Shown here piece by piece: positions 40,267 through 42,176 of a DNA stretch of 42,176 nt (positions within the stretch are counted from its first letter, which is position 1; every line of letters starts with the position of its first letter). The stretch is from Acidimicrobiia bacterium (GTDB lineage: Bacteria > Actinomycetota > Acidimicrobiia > Spongiisociales > ZC4RG35). The stretch lies in NCBI GenBank assembly GCA_046565785.1, contig JBKHXZ010000187.1, positions 1-42,176 on the forward strand. Direction: 5' to 3'. Under the pieces are notes generated by a model that searched no databases, was not told the DNA's origin, and saw nothing but the letters and a program-made list of their open reading frames with translations. Position numbers and translations under genes: made by a program.

Positions 40267-40719
40267 ATGACATTGCCTGCACGGAGGAACGATTCGAGTC
40301 CCAGCGTCGGGTCCGTGATGGATCCCTTCGCCGAACTCGATCGCTTCCATCGTCAGTTGACCGAGTTCCTCGATCGCTCGTGGCGTCCCTGGAACGACAC
40401 CACGTTCGTCCCGCCGGCCGATATCGAAGAGACCGACGACTCGTTCGTCGTGGAGGTCGAACTACCCGGTGTCAAGCGGGAAGACGTGGACGTCGAACTG
40501 CTCGGGCGACGCCTCACCGTCCATGGTGAACGCAAAGAGCGCGAGCGGGTCGGTGTGCTCCGCCGGCGTACCCGCCGAGTGGGCGAGTTCCACTACGAGG
40601 TGGTGCTGCCGTCGGATGTCGCCGATGCCGAAGTCGACGCCAAGTTCGCCGACGGTGTCCTCACCGTCACCATCCCCAAGCCCGAGCGTGAACGGGCCCG
40701 CAAGATCAAGGTCAACTGA
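40267..40719 (+). CDS. Hsp20/alpha-crystallin small heat-shock protein
   Basis: PPADIEETDD, ELPGV, LTVHGER, A.FADGVLTVTIPK, C-terminal I-x-V; AAGGAGG RBS. Confidence 0.95.
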   Translation: MTLPARRNDSSPSVGSVMDPFAELDRFHRQLTEFLDRSWRPWNDTTFVPPADIEETDDSFVVEVELPGVKREDVDVELLGRRLTVHGERKERERVGVLRRRTRRVGEFHYEVVLPSDVADAEVDAKFADGVLTVTIPKPERERARKIKVN

Positions 40720-40723
40720 TCGA

Positions 40724-40752
40724 CGAAGGGGCGGCGACTCGCCGCCCCTTCG
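40724..40752 (+). terminator. Terminator hairpin after hsp20
   Basis: cgaaggggcggcg-act-cgccgccccttcg. Confidence 0.75.
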
Positions 40753-40824
40753 CTCGTTCGAAGTACGCTCGCCGTTGTGCACCCGGCAGCTGCCAACCCT
40801 TTCTACCACCGATATCTCCCCGCG

Positions 40825-41784
40825 GTGACCGGCGGCCTCGCCCTCGAAAGTCGGGAGCCTTTGGCTCAAGGGTTGCGTCGGGTCACGGTCGAGCAATTCG
40901 ATCTCGCTTTGGCGGTGCTGGCAGACCAACCGCACGATGTTGCGGTACACGAGGTGCGCAAGGCGACCAAGCGAGTCCGGGCTGTTCTGCGGATGGTGCG
41001 GCCGGCGCTCGGTGCCCGCTACAAGCCCGAGGACGCCATTCTCCGCGACATTGCTCGAGTGTTCGCCCCCTATCGGGATGCCCACGTCCGGGTGGCATCA
41101 CTCGAAGCGATGCGTGCTCGTTACGACGTACATCTCCGTCCCACCGCCTTCGAAGCGATCGCCGACCGGTTGAACGACCTGCGCGAGCGCCGGTTCAGCG
41201 CACTCGAGAATGGCGACGATCTGCGTACGGTGGCCTTCGCCCTGCGATCGGCCCGTGCCCGATACGCGGCCTGGCCGGTCGATAAGCGGTCTGCCCAGGC
41301 GCATGGAACTGCCGTGATCGAGCATCGCTTTAGGTCGGTCGGGCCGGGAGTAGACCGAACCTACGCATTCGGCCGTGACCAGATGCGCAGCGCCGAGCGG
41401 CATCCGAGCGCCGAACAGTTCCACGGCTGGCGGAAGCAGGCCAAATACCTCCGACATCAGCTGGAGGTACTTGCACCGCTGTTCCCCGAGGTGCTGTTGG
41501 GGCATGCCGCCTCGTTGGAGCGACTGGGTGACCTGCTCGGTGAGGAGCACGATCTGGCGGAGTTGCTCCGTTTCTTGGCCGGTCGACCCGACCTCGCCCC
41601 TGACACCGTGGAACGATCGATGCTGGTTGCCCTCGTTCAGCACCGCCGCGCCGAGTTGCAGGCCCAGTCCCTCTCGCTCGGCCGTCGCATCTACGCCGAG
41701 TCGTCTGACCGCTTCACTCGTCGCATAGGCACCTACTGGTCGGCGTGGGACACCCCCACTCCGATCGGTTTCTCCCCCGAGTAG
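40825..41784 (+). CDS. CHAD domain protein (polyphosphate-binding family)
   Basis: VHEVRKATKRVRAVLR, RDAHV, FHGWRKQAKYLRH, LGEEHDL; start 40777 or 40825. Confidence 0.88.
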   Translation: MTGGLALESREPLAQGLRRVTVEQFDLALAVLADQPHDVAVHEVRKATKRVRAVLRMVRPALGARYKPEDAILRDIARVFAPYRDAHVRVASLEAMRARYDVHLRPTAFEAIADRLNDLRERRFSALENGDDLRTVAFALRSARARYAAWPVDKRSAQAHGTAVIEHRFRSVGPGVDRTYAFGRDQMRSAERHPSAEQFHGWRKQAKYLRHQLEVLAPLFPEVLLGHAASLERLGDLLGEEHDLAELLRFLAGRPDLAPDTVERSMLVALVQHRRAELQAQSLSLGRRIYAESSDRFTRRIGTYWSAWDTPTPIGFSPE

Positions 41785-41880
41785 GTTCTCCGCTCTTGGG
41801 GGGACCGAAGGGACGCGCAGCGGACCTTCGAGGGGGGACGTGAGCGAAGCGAACTCGATGGTCCACCTGGTTTGAGACGG

Positions 41881-42057
41881 CCCCCCTCTGCCTCACCGCG
41901 CTCGGCTTTCTCCCCCCAGCGGGCTTCGCCCTGGGGGGAGAATGTTGAGGATGTTGTCCGCTTTCCTTGCCCCCCAGAAGCGTCAGCGACGTTGGATGGA
42001 TCGCCCCGCCTCTGCCTCGCTGCGCTCGGCTGTCACCCTCCAACGGGCTCCGCCCTG
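41881..42057. repeat. REP-like family C, two degenerate direct copies (~41881-41943 and ~42004-42057)
   Basis: cctctgcctc..gcgctcggct.tc.ccc.cca.cgggct.cgccctg occurs twice; copy 1 closes the hairpin ttctcccccca..tggggggagaa. Confidence 0.75.
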
Positions 42058-42176
42058 TGGGCCTCCCCCAGGATCGTGTAGGGGGGTTTACGCGACGTGG
42101 GGTCTGGTGGTGTTGGCCTCCTCGTATGTGATGGGCGGCTGGTTGCCGCAGTGGCTGTGCCGTCGGGTCCGGTTGT
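42058..42176 (-). mobile_element. Right end of an IS3-family insertion sequence (IR plus transposase C-terminus 42088-42176)
   Basis: Minus strand reads NRTRRHSHCGNQPPITYEE...VA*, matching the IS3 OrfB tail YN..R.HS..G...P..YE; followed by terminal IR TGGGCCTCCCCCAGGATCGTGTAG with an IS3-type TG...CA end. Confidence 0.8.

Overview
High-GC actinobacterial chromosomal window. The lineage is probably Acidimicrobiia-like, an inference from the HspR-regulated dnaK operon and the many exported proteins with poly-Thr linkers. Contents in order: 3' part of a polar amino-acid ABC ATPase; CapA-like plus PQQ-type beta-propeller pair; acyl-ACP desaturase; M20 amidohydrolase; FGE; LacI-GH65-sugar ABC operon; padR-nfeD-SPFH; mscL; clpB; gamma-glutamyl enzymes; kynU; fasciclin (MPT83-like) plus Mo-oxidoreductase; kynA; DUF4331-TPR-RcnA/HoxN-like operon; hspR-dnaJ-grpE-dnaK divergent from lon-doxX; LMW-PTP; GNAT; msrB; NUDIX; truncated Hb; hsp20; CHAD; right end of an IS3-family element. 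Most notable by eye: (1) four copies of a SigK-type ECF promoter, CC(A/C)ATCC-N14-TCCGAAC. Three link the fasciclin, the Mo-oxidoreductase and the DUF4331-TPR-Ni/Co transporter operon into one regulon; the fourth drives no annotated gene, only a short hairpin-terminated unit (candidate sRNA or 23-aa peptide). (2) A variant asymmetric HAIR box at clpB, dnaK/lon and hsp20. (3) Several REP-like palindrome families, one interrupted by the IS3 element. (4) Four genes broken by single-base lesions. No rRNA, tRNA or CRISPR array was seen. All calls come from reading motifs; no searches were run.
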